This document shows positions 10,146-20,443 of a stretch of 64,000 bases of DNA, piece by piece. Under the pieces are notes generated by a model, which made no database searches, was not told where the DNA came from, and saw nothing but the letters and a program-made list of their open reading frames with translations. The DNA comes from Desulfatiglandales bacterium. GTDB lineage: Bacteria > Desulfobacterota > DSM-4660 > Desulfatiglandales > Desulfatiglandaceae. The stretch lies in NCBI GenBank assembly GCA_963662465.1, contig OY759599.1, positions 1,344,001 through 1,408,000 of the forward strand. Direction: 5' to 3'. Position numbers and translations under genes: made by a program. The first letter of the stretch is position 1. Each line of letters opens with the position of its first letter.

Positions 10146-11648
10146 ATGAAAAGACATATCAATATTATCGGTGCGGGGATCGCTGGTTTGTCTGCCGGGT
10201 GCTATTTGCAGATGAACGGCTATGAAACCCAGATCTTTGAGTTGCACAATTTGCCAGGTGGGCTTTGTACCGCCTGGAAGCGCAAAGACTATACCTTTGA
10301 CGGATGTCTTCACTGGCTGGTCGGGTCGAGTCCCAGGGATAAGTTTTATCAGCTCTGGAACGAATTGATCGATATGGAAAAATTGAAATTTGTCGATCAT
10401 GAATATTACATCAAAGTGGAAGACAAAACCGGCAAGTCAATGACTGTTTTTTGTGATGTGGACCGGATGGAAACCGAAATGCTTGAAAAAGCGCCGGAAG
10501 ATCGGGTTGTTATTGAAGAATTTGTAACCGGAGTGCGAAAGTTGATGAATTTTCGGTTGCCGATTGAAAAGGCGCCTGAAATATACAATTTGCTTGATTT
10601 TATAAAGATGATGGTGAGCATGCTCCCTTATATGGGTGAAATGAAAAAATGGGTCGGTATCAGTGCCACGGAGTTCGCCGGGCGATGTCGCAATGAATTG
10701 CTTCGTAAAACATTTTTATACATGTTCTGGCCGACCATGAATGTCTTGTTTTTGGTGCTGACCCTGGTTTGGATGAATAAGAAAAGCGCTGGGTATCCTA
10801 TTGGCGGATCACTGAATTTTGCCAAACTGATCGAAAAAAAATACCTGGCATTGGGTGGTAAAATCAACTATAAATCCAGGGTGATGCGCGTGATCGTTGA
10901 AAATGGAACCGCCAAAGGGCTTGTTTTGCAAAACCGGCAAACCTATCCCGCTGATATTGTCATTTCCGCTGCAGATGGTCATGATACGATTTTTAATATG
11001 CTCGACGGAAAATATCTAAACGGTAAGATTGAATCATATTACCAGGATTACGAAGTTTTTCCCTCTTATATCCAAGTATCGTTGGGCATTGCCAAAGCAC
11101 TGGAAGACCTGCCGCATATGGTCGTGTTTCCCTTGCAAACGCCATTGTATATCGATGACACTATTACTTATGATGATATCAATATTCGTGTGTTTAACTT
11201 TGATCCAACCATGGCCCCGGAAGGCAAAACTGTGGTCACAAGTATGCTGTCCACGGCAAACTACAAACATTGGAGACATTTAAAAAAGCAGCAGCCAGAA
11301 ATCTATAAGGCCGAAAAAAAGCGCATTGCAGACGCTATTGTCGAAGCTTTAGACAAAAAATACGGTGGTATTAAAGACCACGTGGAAGCAGTCGATGTGT
11401 CGACCCCATCGACGGTTATCCGGTATACCAATAACTGGCAGGGCAGTTTTGAGGGATGGGTCTGGACACCTAAAATCGGATTTTCGAAAATGAAAAAAGA
11501 ACTGCCCGGTTTAAATAATTTTTACATGATCGGCCAGTGGGTTGAACCGGGTGGGGGAGTGCCGCCGGCATTGATGTCCGGCCGGGGAGTGGCTCAGATC
11601 ATTTGTAAACGTGACCACAAACGGTTTAAAGTTTTGTCAGCGGTTTGA
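10146..11648 (+). CDS. FAD-dependent oxidoreductase, phytoene desaturase family
   Basis: IIGAGIAGL, PGGLCTAW.RKDYTFDG, GQWVEPGGGVP. Confidence 0.88.
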   Translation: MKRHINIIGAGIAGLSAGCYLQMNGYETQIFELHNLPGGLCTAWKRKDYTFDGCLHWLVGSSPRDKFYQLWNELIDMEKLKFVDHEYYIKVEDKTGKSMTVFCDVDRMETEMLEKAPEDRVVIEEFVTGVRKLMNFRLPIEKAPEIYNLLDFIKMMVSMLPYMGEMKKWVGISATEFAGRCRNELLRKTFLYMFWPTMNVLFLVLTLVWMNKKSAGYPIGGSLNFAKLIEKKYLALGGKINYKSRVMRVIVENGTAKGLVLQNRQTYPADIVISAADGHDTIFNMLDGKYLNGKIESYYQDYEVFPSYIQVSLGIAKALEDLPHMVVFPLQTPLYIDDTITYDDINIRVFNFDPTMAPEGKTVVTSMLSTANYKHWRHLKKQQPEIYKAEKKRIADAIVEALDKKYGGIKDHVEAVDVSTPSTVIRYTNNWQGSFEGWVWTPKIGFSKMKKELPGLNNFYMIGQWVEPGGGVPPALMSGRGVAQIICKRDHKRFKVLSAV

Positions 11649-11960
11649 TAAGGTGATGTGTTGCAATATTTGTAACCGTTCACGGTTGCCGGTTCACGGT
11701 TTTTCAATGAATTATGGGTTTCCTTCATACAGATTTACACTTTCCTGATGAATCGTTTTTTCAATTTTAATGAAGGATGCGGAATTATGTTGGGATTGAT
11801 AACCGCAATTTTTTAAATCTTCACAAGAGGACCCCATAGTCTTCCGTTATCCTCTGTTTTTCAACCGTAAACCGGCATAACGGGTATGATCGCCGATTGT
11901 AAGAAAGCGATTCAATGCCGGGAGCATACCGAATGTCGTTGAAGAAGCGCAGCAGTGCGT

Positions 11961-12473
11961 TTACAAAAAATCAATGTTGATTAAGGTGGAAAGATGATTG
12001 AATTCTTCCCGTATGATTTCTTTCAATAATTTGTTCATTTCATTGTCCTCAATGATGTTTGCCAGTCCCGCATAAAAAACGATACTGTCTTTTTCAAATC
12101 CTATGGCCATGCGAATCACGTCGCCTGTTTCCTCACTTCCGGTGACGACGTGATTGAGGATGAAATCAAAATCAAAAATCCGGGAATCCTGAACGGCACT
12201 CGCATACTTGGAGATAGACTGCCAGGTGGTCGCCTGGATCGGGGTCTTGATACGGTTTTCGTATGTTAACCGCAGATCTGAAAAAAAATCCTCATGTTTA
12301 AGCTCGTTGGTTGCCATTTTTTGAAGCACCAGAAATGCTTCTTCATCCGTAACGTTTTTGGAGATCTGGAAATAGAATCCTGCTGTGGCATGTTCAACCT
12401 TTGCGGCCATGTTCAGCAAACTCGATACGATCTCATTGGCATCTATCATGTTACTCTTCTTAAATAGCGCCAT
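11961..12473 (-). CDS. Ferritin-like/rubrerythrin family protein
   Basis: E..T..FY, ELKH, EKDSIVFY, EEFNH di-iron motifs. Confidence 0.8.
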   Translation of the reverse strand: MALFKKSNMIDANEIVSSLLNMAAKVEHATAGFYFQISKNVTDEEAFLVLQKMATNELKHEDFFSDLRLTYENRIKTPIQATTWQSISKYASAVQDSRIFDFDFILNHVVTGSEETGDVIRMAIGFEKDSIVFYAGLANIIEDNEMNKLLKEIIREEFNHLSTLINIDFL

Positions 12474-12810
12474 TGCAGCCTCCGCGATTTTTTTTACCTA
12501 AAAGCAGCAATCAGCTTTTGAGCTATTAGCCGTTAGGTTAATGACATAACTGATAACTGCGACTCCGACGCCTTAGCCTATTTTCATCGTTCGCAAAATG
12601 CAATAGGATTTATAAGCGTAATTCTCATTTTGGGAGCATTGGAAGAAGGTTGGTCGCTGACCGGGAACGCTGCTTGATGATTTGAGGATGTTTTTCTATA
12701 AACGCCATACTCAAAAAAACTTGACTCTCAAGTGAGTTCATGTAAAAGAAAATTTTCCCATGCGCATCTTATTTGAACTGCTGTATCGCCAAACGGGGTA
12801 ACGAGAAAAG

Positions 12811-13887
12811 GAAACGTTCGTCAGATTATAAGTTGCGGTTTAATTTTTCATTTGATAGCGTGTTTGCATGCCGAGAAAAGCCCGCATAGATGCCCCAGGA
12901 GCGCTTCACCATGTTATTGCCAGGGGGATCGGCCGTCGAAAAGTGTTTGATGATGATGACGACCGAGATTTTTTTGTTGAACGGCTGGGGCAAATTGTTT
13001 CTGATACGGAAACACACTGTTTTGCGTGGGCGCTGATGCCCAATCATTTCCATTTGCTTTTGAAAACCGGCATTATCCCTGTCTCTACGGTCATGAAACG
13101 CCTCTTAACCGGTTACGCCATGCACTATAACCGGAGACACAAGCGGTATGGCCATCTGTTTCAAAACCGATACAAGTCAATCCTCTGCCAGGAAGATTCA
13201 TATCTATTGGAACTGACTCGCTATGTGCATTTGAACCCGCTTCGGGCAAAATTGGTATCTGATCTAAAGGAGTTGTGCAACCATCCTTACAGCGGGCATA
13301 GCGTACTTATGGGGAGGGTAACCGCGGAGTGGCAGAACACGACAATCCTCGGGTTGTTTGGCGACAAGGTGTCCGTTGCGCGGCGGCGATACCTGGAATT
13401 TGTAAAAAAGGGGATAGCTGCCGGTAAGCGGCAAGATCTCACGGGTGGGGGACTGGTTCGGAGCGTTGGGGGGTGGTCCGCCGTGAAGTCATTGCGGAAG
13501 GCCGGCGTATTTCAGAAGGGGGATGAGCGTATCCTTGGCGATGGTGAATTTGTGGAGAAGGCGCTCTCTCAAGCCGAGGAGGCATTCGCGAGGAAATATC
13601 GCTTGAAGGCCAAGGGGGTTGATGTCGGCAGGATTGCCGAGAGAGTTGCCGACATTATGGGCATGGCCCCCGAAGTGGTTTGGGCCTCGGGAAAACAGCC
13701 TAAGATTGTGCAGGCCCGCAGCCTTCTTTGCTACTGGGCGACCGGTGAATTGGGCGTTAGCCAGGCGTGGTTAAGCCGGAAACTGGGGATTTCCCAGGCA
13801 GCGGTAAGCCTTTCGGTAAGCAGAGGACGTCGGATTGCATTAGAAAATCACTATGAGATTGGGAACTTATAAACTGACGAACGTCCC
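12811..13887 (+). mobile_element. RAYT element bounded by 21-bp inverted repeats
   Basis: acgttcgtcagattataagtt (12814-12834) / aacttataaactgacgaacgt (13864-13884), 1 mismatch. Confidence 0.75.
12868..13872 (+). CDS. REP-associated tyrosine (HUH/Y1) transposase with C-terminal HTH, intact
   Basis: MPRKAR..PG.LHHV..RG, MPNHFHLL (HUH), GHLFQNRYKS, RYVHLNP (catalytic Tyr). Confidence 0.9.
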   Translation: MPRKARIDAPGALHHVIARGIGRRKVFDDDDDRDFFVERLGQIVSDTETHCFAWALMPNHFHLLLKTGIIPVSTVMKRLLTGYAMHYNRRHKRYGHLFQNRYKSILCQEDSYLLELTRYVHLNPLRAKLVSDLKELCNHPYSGHSVLMGRVTAEWQNTTILGLFGDKVSVARRRYLEFVKKGIAAGKRQDLTGGGLVRSVGGWSAVKSLRKAGVFQKGDERILGDGEFVEKALSQAEEAFARKYRLKAKGVDVGRIAERVADIMGMAPEVVWASGKQPKIVQARSLLCYWATGELGVSQAWLSRKLGISQAAVSLSVSRGRRIALENHYEIGNL

Positions 13888-13896
13888 CTAGTCCTC

Positions 13897-13944
13897 CTCG
13901 TTCCCATGCTCCGCGTGGGAACGGACAACGGAGGCTCCGCGTCC
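13897..13944. repeat. REP-like hairpin family A (GTTCCCAYGCTCYGCGTGGGAAC)
   Basis: Copies near 13899, 17878, 20872, 21423, 22942, 23992, 51748 (reverse) and 61824; 48 bp identical between 13897 and 17876. Confidence 0.85.
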
Positions 13945-14080
13945 GTTCAGGGGGCGGCGGTCGAGGCCAGGGCAAAGGCGGAGGTTCCGGCGCCAAAGAC
14001 GGTACAAGCACCCCGGAACGCCCCCAGGACGGCACAGGCTACGGCGCCTGTTTCAACTGCTGTGAATTCACTGCAATAAA

Positions 14081-15232
14081 ATGGAGACTTTCCCGTTCCA
14101 ATGCGCCATATGGGAATTGAAAAGTATACCGATCATGAACCTATGTTGCACAAAATGCTTTACGACAATTCTGCTTGAAGGTCCCATTGCTCCGACCGGT
14201 TCAAAAGTGACATGTGCGGGGTGCGGGTCAGCGTTTACGATCTATCCTTCAAAAACCGTTATCGGCGACTTCGTAAAATATGTCATGAACAATTCTTATA
14301 TTTCGGCAAGGGCTTGTTCAATGATTCGAAATTATGTTCGTGATGTGGATGTTTTTTTGCGATTATCGCGAAAGGATTTCCTCGGATTTCGGAACTGTGG
14401 TCAAAAAATAACCAGTGAATTGATGAAATTTCAGCGTGAACTGAGAAAAGAACTGGATTACGACGCAGGGCAAAATGAATCTGAAGATGAAATCGTCCAA
14501 AGCAATCATAAGGCCGTCATCGCGTTCCTTTCAAGAGACGTATTTTTCAAAGAGGTCCTTGACTCCGAATTATCGCAGGCTTATTTCAAAGCGCTGCGGC
14601 ACTGCGGAATCGATACCCTGGAAAAAGTTTTGGCCCTGAGCGATCAAGATGCGCTTCGAATTAATCACGTTGGGCGTAAGACCCTGCGCCTGTTCCGTGG
14701 GCTTCAAGAGATCTGCTCTGAAATTGTAAAGGCCATTGTCCATTCGGAAGCGCTTCGTTTCAAAGATTTCAAATGGGTGGTGAGACAGGATCAAACGATT
14801 CGAAATATCCTCTCCCGCGGAAAAAATATGGATGTGGATGCTCCTTTTTCTTCCCTGTCTCAATGGATACTGGAAAACAGCTGGTATTCTGAACGAAACA
14901 GGGATGTATTCATGTGCCGAATGAGGATGTTGGGTGAGCCCGGGATGACGTATGATAATATCGGTATAAGGTATAATATTTCAAGAGGACGCGTACAGCA
15001 GATCATCCTGAAAGTACAATCCAATGGACGTCGTCCCCTCCAGAGAATAAGGCTTGATCCTTTGATCGCAAAGGCAGCCGAAATTGTAAAAACCGGCGGA
15101 GGAAAAACAGGGCTCTCGGAATTAACCGAATCCTTATTGAATTGTGGGCCTCAAGGCGAGCGCCTGAAAAATGCGGAACCCTTTGTTGAATATCTGAAAT
15201 CCTTCCCAGAATGGGAAGAAGCCATGAGGTGA
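14081..15232 (+). CDS. Zn-ribbon / 2x alpha-CTD-like / sigma70 r4-like protein, copy 2
   Basis: Colinear 383-aa paralogue of 6901-8052; shared flanks ~14047-15261 vs ~6867-8081. Confidence 0.7.
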   Translation: METFPFQCAIWELKSIPIMNLCCTKCFTTILLEGPIAPTGSKVTCAGCGSAFTIYPSKTVIGDFVKYVMNNSYISARACSMIRNYVRDVDVFLRLSRKDFLGFRNCGQKITSELMKFQRELRKELDYDAGQNESEDEIVQSNHKAVIAFLSRDVFFKEVLDSELSQAYFKALRHCGIDTLEKVLALSDQDALRINHVGRKTLRLFRGLQEICSEIVKAIVHSEALRFKDFKWVVRQDQTIRNILSRGKNMDVDAPFSSLSQWILENSWYSERNRDVFMCRMRMLGEPGMTYDNIGIRYNISRGRVQQIILKVQSNGRRPLQRIRLDPLIAKAAEIVKTGGGKTGLSELTESLLNCGPQGERLKNAEPFVEYLKSFPEWEEAMR

Positions 15233-15443
15233 TAAAGACCCGTGACGTCTGGAGGTTCTGATTGAGGGTCAAACCTTGATTTGTGATTAAGGATTTTAAC
15301 CCGTTCAGTAAGGTAAACTTCGCTGTCATTGTTATAAATTCAACGGAGCAGGCACGGATTACGCCCCAGTTGAACACCCAGAGTGGGTGGAATGGGGGTC
15401 CGTTGCTATTTAACTGAGTTTCTCATGGACTGGGGTAGTTTTG

Positions 15444-15959
15444 TTAGCTTTTTTTGCTGAACGTAAGAAGCAGGCGACGTGCATCTTTTAACAAAAGAAG
15501 AAGTTGTCGATCATAAAGCGGTGAGGCAACAAAACCAAAACGAAGATAGAATTGAGTTGCATCCTCATCGATCGGATGCGTAAGTAAGGCTCGTATGCCG
15601 GCATGTTCAGCCATCATGAGAGTGCGGCGAATGGCGTCCTGAAGGAGACCTCTTCCAATACCACGCCCCTGATGTCGTAGAGAAACGGCAAGCCGAGCGA
15701 GTAAAACCACAGGGATAGGGTACTGCCCCATACCCTTACGGATGCGCTCTGGAGCTTCCAGCGTATCCACCTGTCCGACGGTCAGACTGAAGTATCCAAC
15801 AATTCGGTCACTATCAACCACTACAAATGTTTTGGCTGAGCCGCTGGCCTGTGCCTGACGCGCATGACGAGCCAACCAGTCATTTAGAACCGGCTTGCCA
15901 CAGTCGAAGGGTGAAACGGGATGCTCAGTATTCAGCGGTTCGGGGGGAATCAGGGACAT
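15444..15959 (-). CDS. GNAT acetyltransferase toxin (TacT/AtaT-like)
   Basis: FDCG...LNDWL, PIPVVLLARLAV..RHQGRGIG..LL.DA. Confidence 0.88.
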   Translation of the reverse strand: MSLIPPEPLNTEHPVSPFDCGKPVLNDWLARHARQAQASGSAKTFVVVDSDRIVGYFSLTVGQVDTLEAPERIRKGMGQYPIPVVLLARLAVSLRHQGRGIGRGLLQDAIRRTLMMAEHAGIRALLTHPIDEDATQFYLRFGFVASPLYDRQLLLLLKDARRLLLTFSKKS

Positions 15960-16255
15960 TGCTCATCCCAAGGCGCAGGCTTGGAGAACAAATCCTGCAA
16001 CCCGATGTTTTCCTCAGCGGGACGATCCAGTAGATCCAGCAGGTTCTGATATCGGTTGCCGGAGACCATGAACATCCGCTGATCCAGCAACGCGTTTTCA
16101 GCGGCATGATATGCACTGTCCATGATAAATTCTGTCAGTGACTTGTGGCACACCTCTGCCGCACGGCGCAGGACGACCTCCTGTTCCGGGGTTGTACGAA
16201 GTCCAAGTCGAGACGATTTAACGGGTCTTTTTCCAATCGGTTGAGTCGCTGTCAT
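15950..16255 (-). CDS. DUF1778 antitoxin
   Basis: RLGLR..PEQ..L.RAAE...KSLTEFI..SA; overlaps GNAT gene. Confidence 0.88.
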   Translation of the reverse strand: MTATQPIGKRPVKSSRLGLRTTPEQEVVLRRAAEVCHKSLTEFIMDSAYHAAENALLDQRMFMVSGNRYQNLLDLLDRPAEENIGLQDLFSKPAPWDEQCP

Positions 16256-16355
16256 GATTGATCTCCTTTTTCAGAATCAATATGTAATGTTAGTACATTT
16301 GACGCGCGGTGTCAACTCAGATCAGTATCATGGGGGTCAGGCTTGGTTTATTTTT

Positions 16356-16392
16356 AGACAGGATTAACAGGATTAACAGGATTTTCAGGATT
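16356..16392. repeat. 9-nt tandem repeat (acaggatta)
   Basis: gacaggattaacaggattaacaggattttcaggatt. Confidence 0.7.
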
Positions 16393-16575
16393 CTTTTTGT
16401 TTTCATTTCCAATATCATAGGGGTCAAGTCTTTGATTGACTTGTTTTGCCGCCCTGACACGAATGAGGCGGGTGAAGTCAAAGCGCCGGCCGATATCGCC
16501 AACAGGCAATACGCGATTGAGGTTCAGAGGCTTGTGAACATCCAGGTTCCTAATCCAAGTACAGGAGATGCATGA

Positions 16576-17526
16576 ATGGCCGGAAGAAAAACAAAACCAT
16601 CGACTGAAATCGAAACGATTGAATTCGCCATTGAGGACGCATTGAGACCCGGTGACTTTATTGAGTATGATTTTAGCTGGTCTTTCACATCCGGTCTTGA
16701 AGAGGTCAGAAGTATCATCGAAAACTTCACCATCAGGGAACCCGTTCGCGGCATTGATCTAATCGAGACATTTATCGCTGCCTGTTATGAGAAAGCGGAT
16801 GAGATCGATGACTCCCGCGGATCATTCGGCGATTTTGTTGAAGCGCTGTTTTGTTCCTGGGTCAATGCCAGACAACGCGCGGACTGTGCGGCGAAGGAAA
16901 CCGTTCATCGCCTTCTTGCGTGGATCGATAACGACGACTACGGTTTTACTTACAACCTGGCAAAAGAGGTTCCCCGGTTTCTCAACGAAGAGGGTTTGGA
17001 AGAATTTACGGCGGCCATCCGTGCGCGCTATGAAGCTGAAATAAAGAAAGAGCATCATCGAAGTCTGTGGGGTGGAACCCTCAAAAGTATTTATGCCGCC
17101 GGCGGTGACTTCGATGCATATCTCTCAATCTGCAATGAGACGGAACTTCTGCCTGTGGATTGCGAAACCCTGGCGGAAATGCGCATTTCAAATGGAAGCC
17201 CGGCAGAAGCGCTGAAATGGGTGGAAAAGGGTCTTGAAATCGAGAGCAATACTCAGGTGTACCGGGGGTCAAGCTATAAACTGGTCACCATGAAACGCGA
17301 CATTCTCACCAGGCTTGGCAGACCCGAAGAAGCACTTTCCGATGCGTGGCGGGATTTTTCCAAACACCCGGATGAATTCACGTACGATGAACTGATAAAC
17401 CGTATTCCAAAAGAACAGCATGCCGAATATCATAACCGTATCCTTGAGGTCAGCAGCAGCGCGGAACTGGAACCGGCTATCCGTATTCAACATTCCTTGT
17501 TCGACATTCGATATTCAAAAAAATAA
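16576..17526 (+). CDS. Hypothetical helical (TPR-like) protein, likely 3'-truncated
   Basis: RBS AGGAG; ADEIDDS.G.FG motif; ends inside a heptamer-like repeat. Confidence 0.55.
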   Translation: MAGRKTKPSTEIETIEFAIEDALRPGDFIEYDFSWSFTSGLEEVRSIIENFTIREPVRGIDLIETFIAACYEKADEIDDSRGSFGDFVEALFCSWVNARQRADCAAKETVHRLLAWIDNDDYGFTYNLAKEVPRFLNEEGLEEFTAAIRARYEAEIKKEHHRSLWGGTLKSIYAAGGDFDAYLSICNETELLPVDCETLAEMRISNGSPAEALKWVEKGLEIESNTQVYRGSSYKLVTMKRDILTRLGRPEEALSDAWRDFSKHPDEFTYDELINRIPKEQHAEYHNRILEVSSSAELEPAIRIQHSLFDIRYSKK

Positions 17527-17602
17527 TGGTGGGCGACTGCCAATTCAGTCGAGAGGTCCGAGTGAGCGAAGCCCGAGAATTTCAGAAGTTCAGGAAAAAA
17601 AA

Positions 17603-17860
17603 ATGATAGAACTTATACAAAATGTTAAAGGGAAAAATGAATTCAAAGACAATGATCTTGTATGTTGCTGCTTTGAATACACAAAAAAAGATATCGAAAA
17701 TGATTACGATAAAAATGGAAAGTCCGTCATCTATGAAAATATAGTTTCCGAAAAAAAGCGAGGTGGATGCCATTGCACCTCCAGGAATCCCAAAGGCAAA
17801 TGATGCTTATCTGACGTCTACCAGGTGGTGGAATCGTTCAAAAAGAAAAAGAACATATAG
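17603..17860 (+). CDS. BFD-like [2Fe-2S]/metallochaperone protein, probable selenoprotein (UGA at 17801)
   Basis: LVCCCF.YT...GCHC..RNPKGK-UGA-CLSDVYQVV; UGA occupies the first Cys of NPxGxCC; hairpin CTACC-AGGT-GGTGG just downstream. Confidence 0.75.
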
Positions 17861-17977
17861 CAAAATTTTTCCTCCCTCGTTCCCATGCTCCGCGTGGGAA
17901 CGGACAACGGAGGCTCCGCGTCCCGTGAGAGCGTCTTCCAGCCGCGAAAAAGCACTCACTGGGGGTTCGCGCGGGCT

Positions 17978-18000
17978 GTAGGTGCAGCTTCAGCCGCACA
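17978..18000. repeat. REP-like hairpin family B (GTAGGTGCGGCTTCAGCCGCACA)
   Basis: GTAG-led palindrome; copies at 17978, 21676, 24040, each downstream of a family A hairpin. Confidence 0.8.
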
Positions 18001-18213
18001 TTTCAAAATCTTTTTAAGGCAAGGTTGCAGGCAAGATGCATTGTTTTTGAAAAATGTATTGGGGTAAGGTGGACCCCCATTTCGTTCAGGCACTGAGCTT
18101 CTTTTCCTTCCCTTTATGCGCTATGCTCAGTAAACTGTCGTAAAAAAAGCAGACTTGCCGGTTTAATCCGGCAAATTTTGTCTTCACTCACTCTATATAA
18201 AGGAGGTTGCCGC

Positions 18214-18402
18214 ATGCCTACTGCCAAACAACAAGTTATGGCGCTACTGAAAGATCTTCCGGACAGCAGCACTCTGGAGGAAATTCAATATTGCCTGTAT
18301 GTACAACAAAAAATTCAGCACGGAATGGATGACATCGAAGCGGGAAGATCATCAAATCAGGAAGAAGTCGAAAAACGGATGGAAAAATGGCTCGCGAAGT
18401 GA
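18214..18402 (+). CDS. Putative antitoxin of RelE/ParE toxin
   Basis: TAKQQV..LL.DLPD..TLEEIQY.LYV.QKI..G..DI; RBS AGGAGG. Confidence 0.8.
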   Translation: MPTAKQQVMALLKDLPDSSTLEEIQYCLYVQQKIQHGMDDIEAGRSSNQEEVEKRMEKWLAK

Positions 18403-18716
18403 TCTGGGCCCATGCTGCCCAAGAAGACTTGGAAGCGGCAGCGGCTTACATTCACCGTGACTCGCCGTTTTATGCAGCCGCTTTTGTAAAGAAGACGCTG
18501 ACAGCAGCTCGCTCTCTCGCCGATTTCCCTCTGCGTGGCGCTATGGTTCGTGAATTCGGAACCGCGGATATACGAGAGATCATTGTTTATAGCTATCGCC
18601 TGATTTATCGCGTTGAGAGTAATCAGATTTCAATTCTATCGTTGATACACGGCAGCCGGGAATTTACAAGAGCTTGGAATGAAAGAGATCGAGAAGATTC
18701 TCTTAGCGAAAATTAG
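18387..18716 (+). CDS. RelE/ParE family toxin
   Basis: VIW...A.EDLE...YI.RDSP.YA, FP..G..V.E, YRLIYRV, IHGSR. Confidence 0.88.
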   Translation: MAREVIWAHAAQEDLEAAAAYIHRDSPFYAAAFVKKTLTAARSLADFPLRGAMVREFGTADIREIIVYSYRLIYRVESNQISILSLIHGSREFTRAWNERDREDSLSEN

Positions 18717-18978
18717 AATCTTTAGTTTAGGCTCCGCAAGGATTTGTGATTATGACTGTTTACAATCGTTTTTTTAACATTCCTCTATGGTTCTGGTCAG
18801 GGTTCGGGATCCGGTAACGGGACTGGGGACGGTTCGGGCAGTGGCGCCGGAACAGGCAATCAATAGGATCGTCTCCTCCAATGCAGAGTTGGTCGGAAAT
18901 CACGCGGCTGGCAGGGGAGGAAGAAAAACCTCCGGCATCGGTGGATGGCGACCGGCAAACGGGGAGTGGCATACCAAA

Positions 18979-20127
18979 ATGAAATTCGAAGAATTCGAAT
19001 CAGGGTCGTATCGTCAGCAATATCAGTACAAGAGTTTTCTGCCGGAAAAGATCAACCATGAATGGACCTGGGATGATCCAAGGATCAACGTCCTGCTGGA
19101 GAAGGCAACAAGGGCACTGGGTGAACTGAACACCTTTACCCTGATCGTGCCTGACGTGGATCTCTTTATCCGCATGCATGTGATCAAGGAGGCGAATACA
19201 TCCAGCCGCATTGAAGGCACGCGAACCAGAATGGATGAGGTTTTGTTGGATGAAGCGGAGGTGATCCCCGAGCGTCGTGACGACTGGGGGGAAGTCCAAA
19301 ATTACATCCAGGCCATGAATGATGCCATTCAGGATCTGAAACAACTGCCCCTGTCCCTGCGCCTGCTTCGGAATGCCCATGCCGTTCTCATGTCCGGCGT
19401 GCGCGGTGAAAAGAAAACGCCGGGTGAATTCCGTCGAAGCCAGAACTGGATCGGGGGTGCATCTCTGTCCGACGCTGCCTACATTCCGCCCCATCATCAG
19501 GATATGCCGGAACTGCTTTCAGACATGGAAGCATTTTGGCACAACGAAAAGATTCAGGTGCCTCATCTCATCCGCATTGCCATCAGTCATTACCAGTTCG
19601 AAACCATCCACCCTTTCCTGGACGGCAACGGCCGGATCGGTCGTCTTCTCATCACCCTGTACCTGGTCAGTCACGGACTGTTGTCCAAACCATCATTGTA
19701 TCTCTCTGCACACCTGGAAAAGCAGCGGGGAGCCTATTACGATGCCCTCACCCGGGTTCGGGAATCAAAGGACATGGGCCACTGGTGCCGCTTTTTCCTG
19801 CAAGGGGTATCTGAAACCGCCGAGAATGGGAAACGAACATTTAAAAGTATTCTGAACCTTAGGGAGGATCTTGAAAGCCGGATTGTCACATTGGGGAGGC
19901 GCGCGGAAAACGGGCGCAGATTGATCTTACACCTTTATGAGCACCCCGCGGTGTCTGTTCATCAGGTGATGGCGCTTTTGGGTATTCAGTTCAATCCGGC
20001 CCGCAATCTGATTGCCGTGCTGGCGGATATGGGTATTCTGAAGGAAAATACCGGACAGCAGCGAAACAGAATATTCATCTTTGAACCGTACTTCAATATT
20101 TTTTCAGATAGCGAAAGTGAAATATAA
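18979..20127 (+). CDS. Fic family protein
   Basis: HPFLDGNGRIGR motif; SSRIEGT; start moved to ATG 18979. Confidence 0.92.
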   Translation: MKFEEFESGSYRQQYQYKSFLPEKINHEWTWDDPRINVLLEKATRALGELNTFTLIVPDVDLFIRMHVIKEANTSSRIEGTRTRMDEVLLDEAEVIPERRDDWGEVQNYIQAMNDAIQDLKQLPLSLRLLRNAHAVLMSGVRGEKKTPGEFRRSQNWIGGASLSDAAYIPPHHQDMPELLSDMEAFWHNEKIQVPHLIRIAISHYQFETIHPFLDGNGRIGRLLITLYLVSHGLLSKPSLYLSAHLEKQRGAYYDALTRVRESKDMGHWCRFFLQGVSETAENGKRTFKSILNLREDLESRIVTLGRRAENGRRLILHLYEHPAVSVHQVMALLGIQFNPARNLIAVLADMGILKENTGQQRNRIFIFEPYFNIFSDSESEI

Positions 20128-20443
20128 CAACTCTTATTTCACATTTAACCTTCTAAAGTGAAATAAGAAAATATCTAGGTCACTTTTTTCGCTTGAAAAT
20201 GAAATTATGGGCGCCAAACGGTCGAGCAACGCAAAGAAAAATGAGTCCAATCATGAAGCACGTATTGACCCTGATCGTGTGGGCGGCCGTCATAGAGACC
20301 TACTCCTCAGCCGGTTCATATCCCATGTGTTCCTGTTCGAAGATGTCCCTGCCAAAGACCGTAAGCCTAGGGCGTCTAAAAACGCCATTTTTGGGCCAAA
20401 TTCTTTGCCCGGTTTTTGGACCCAGGGAATATCGCTCATGACC

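Noticed and set aside
18787..18978. N-terminal extension of Fic protein
   Set aside because: Off-frame read of a Gly-rich gene fragment; ATG 18979 has an RBS-like GGGGAG and gives a normal-length Fic.
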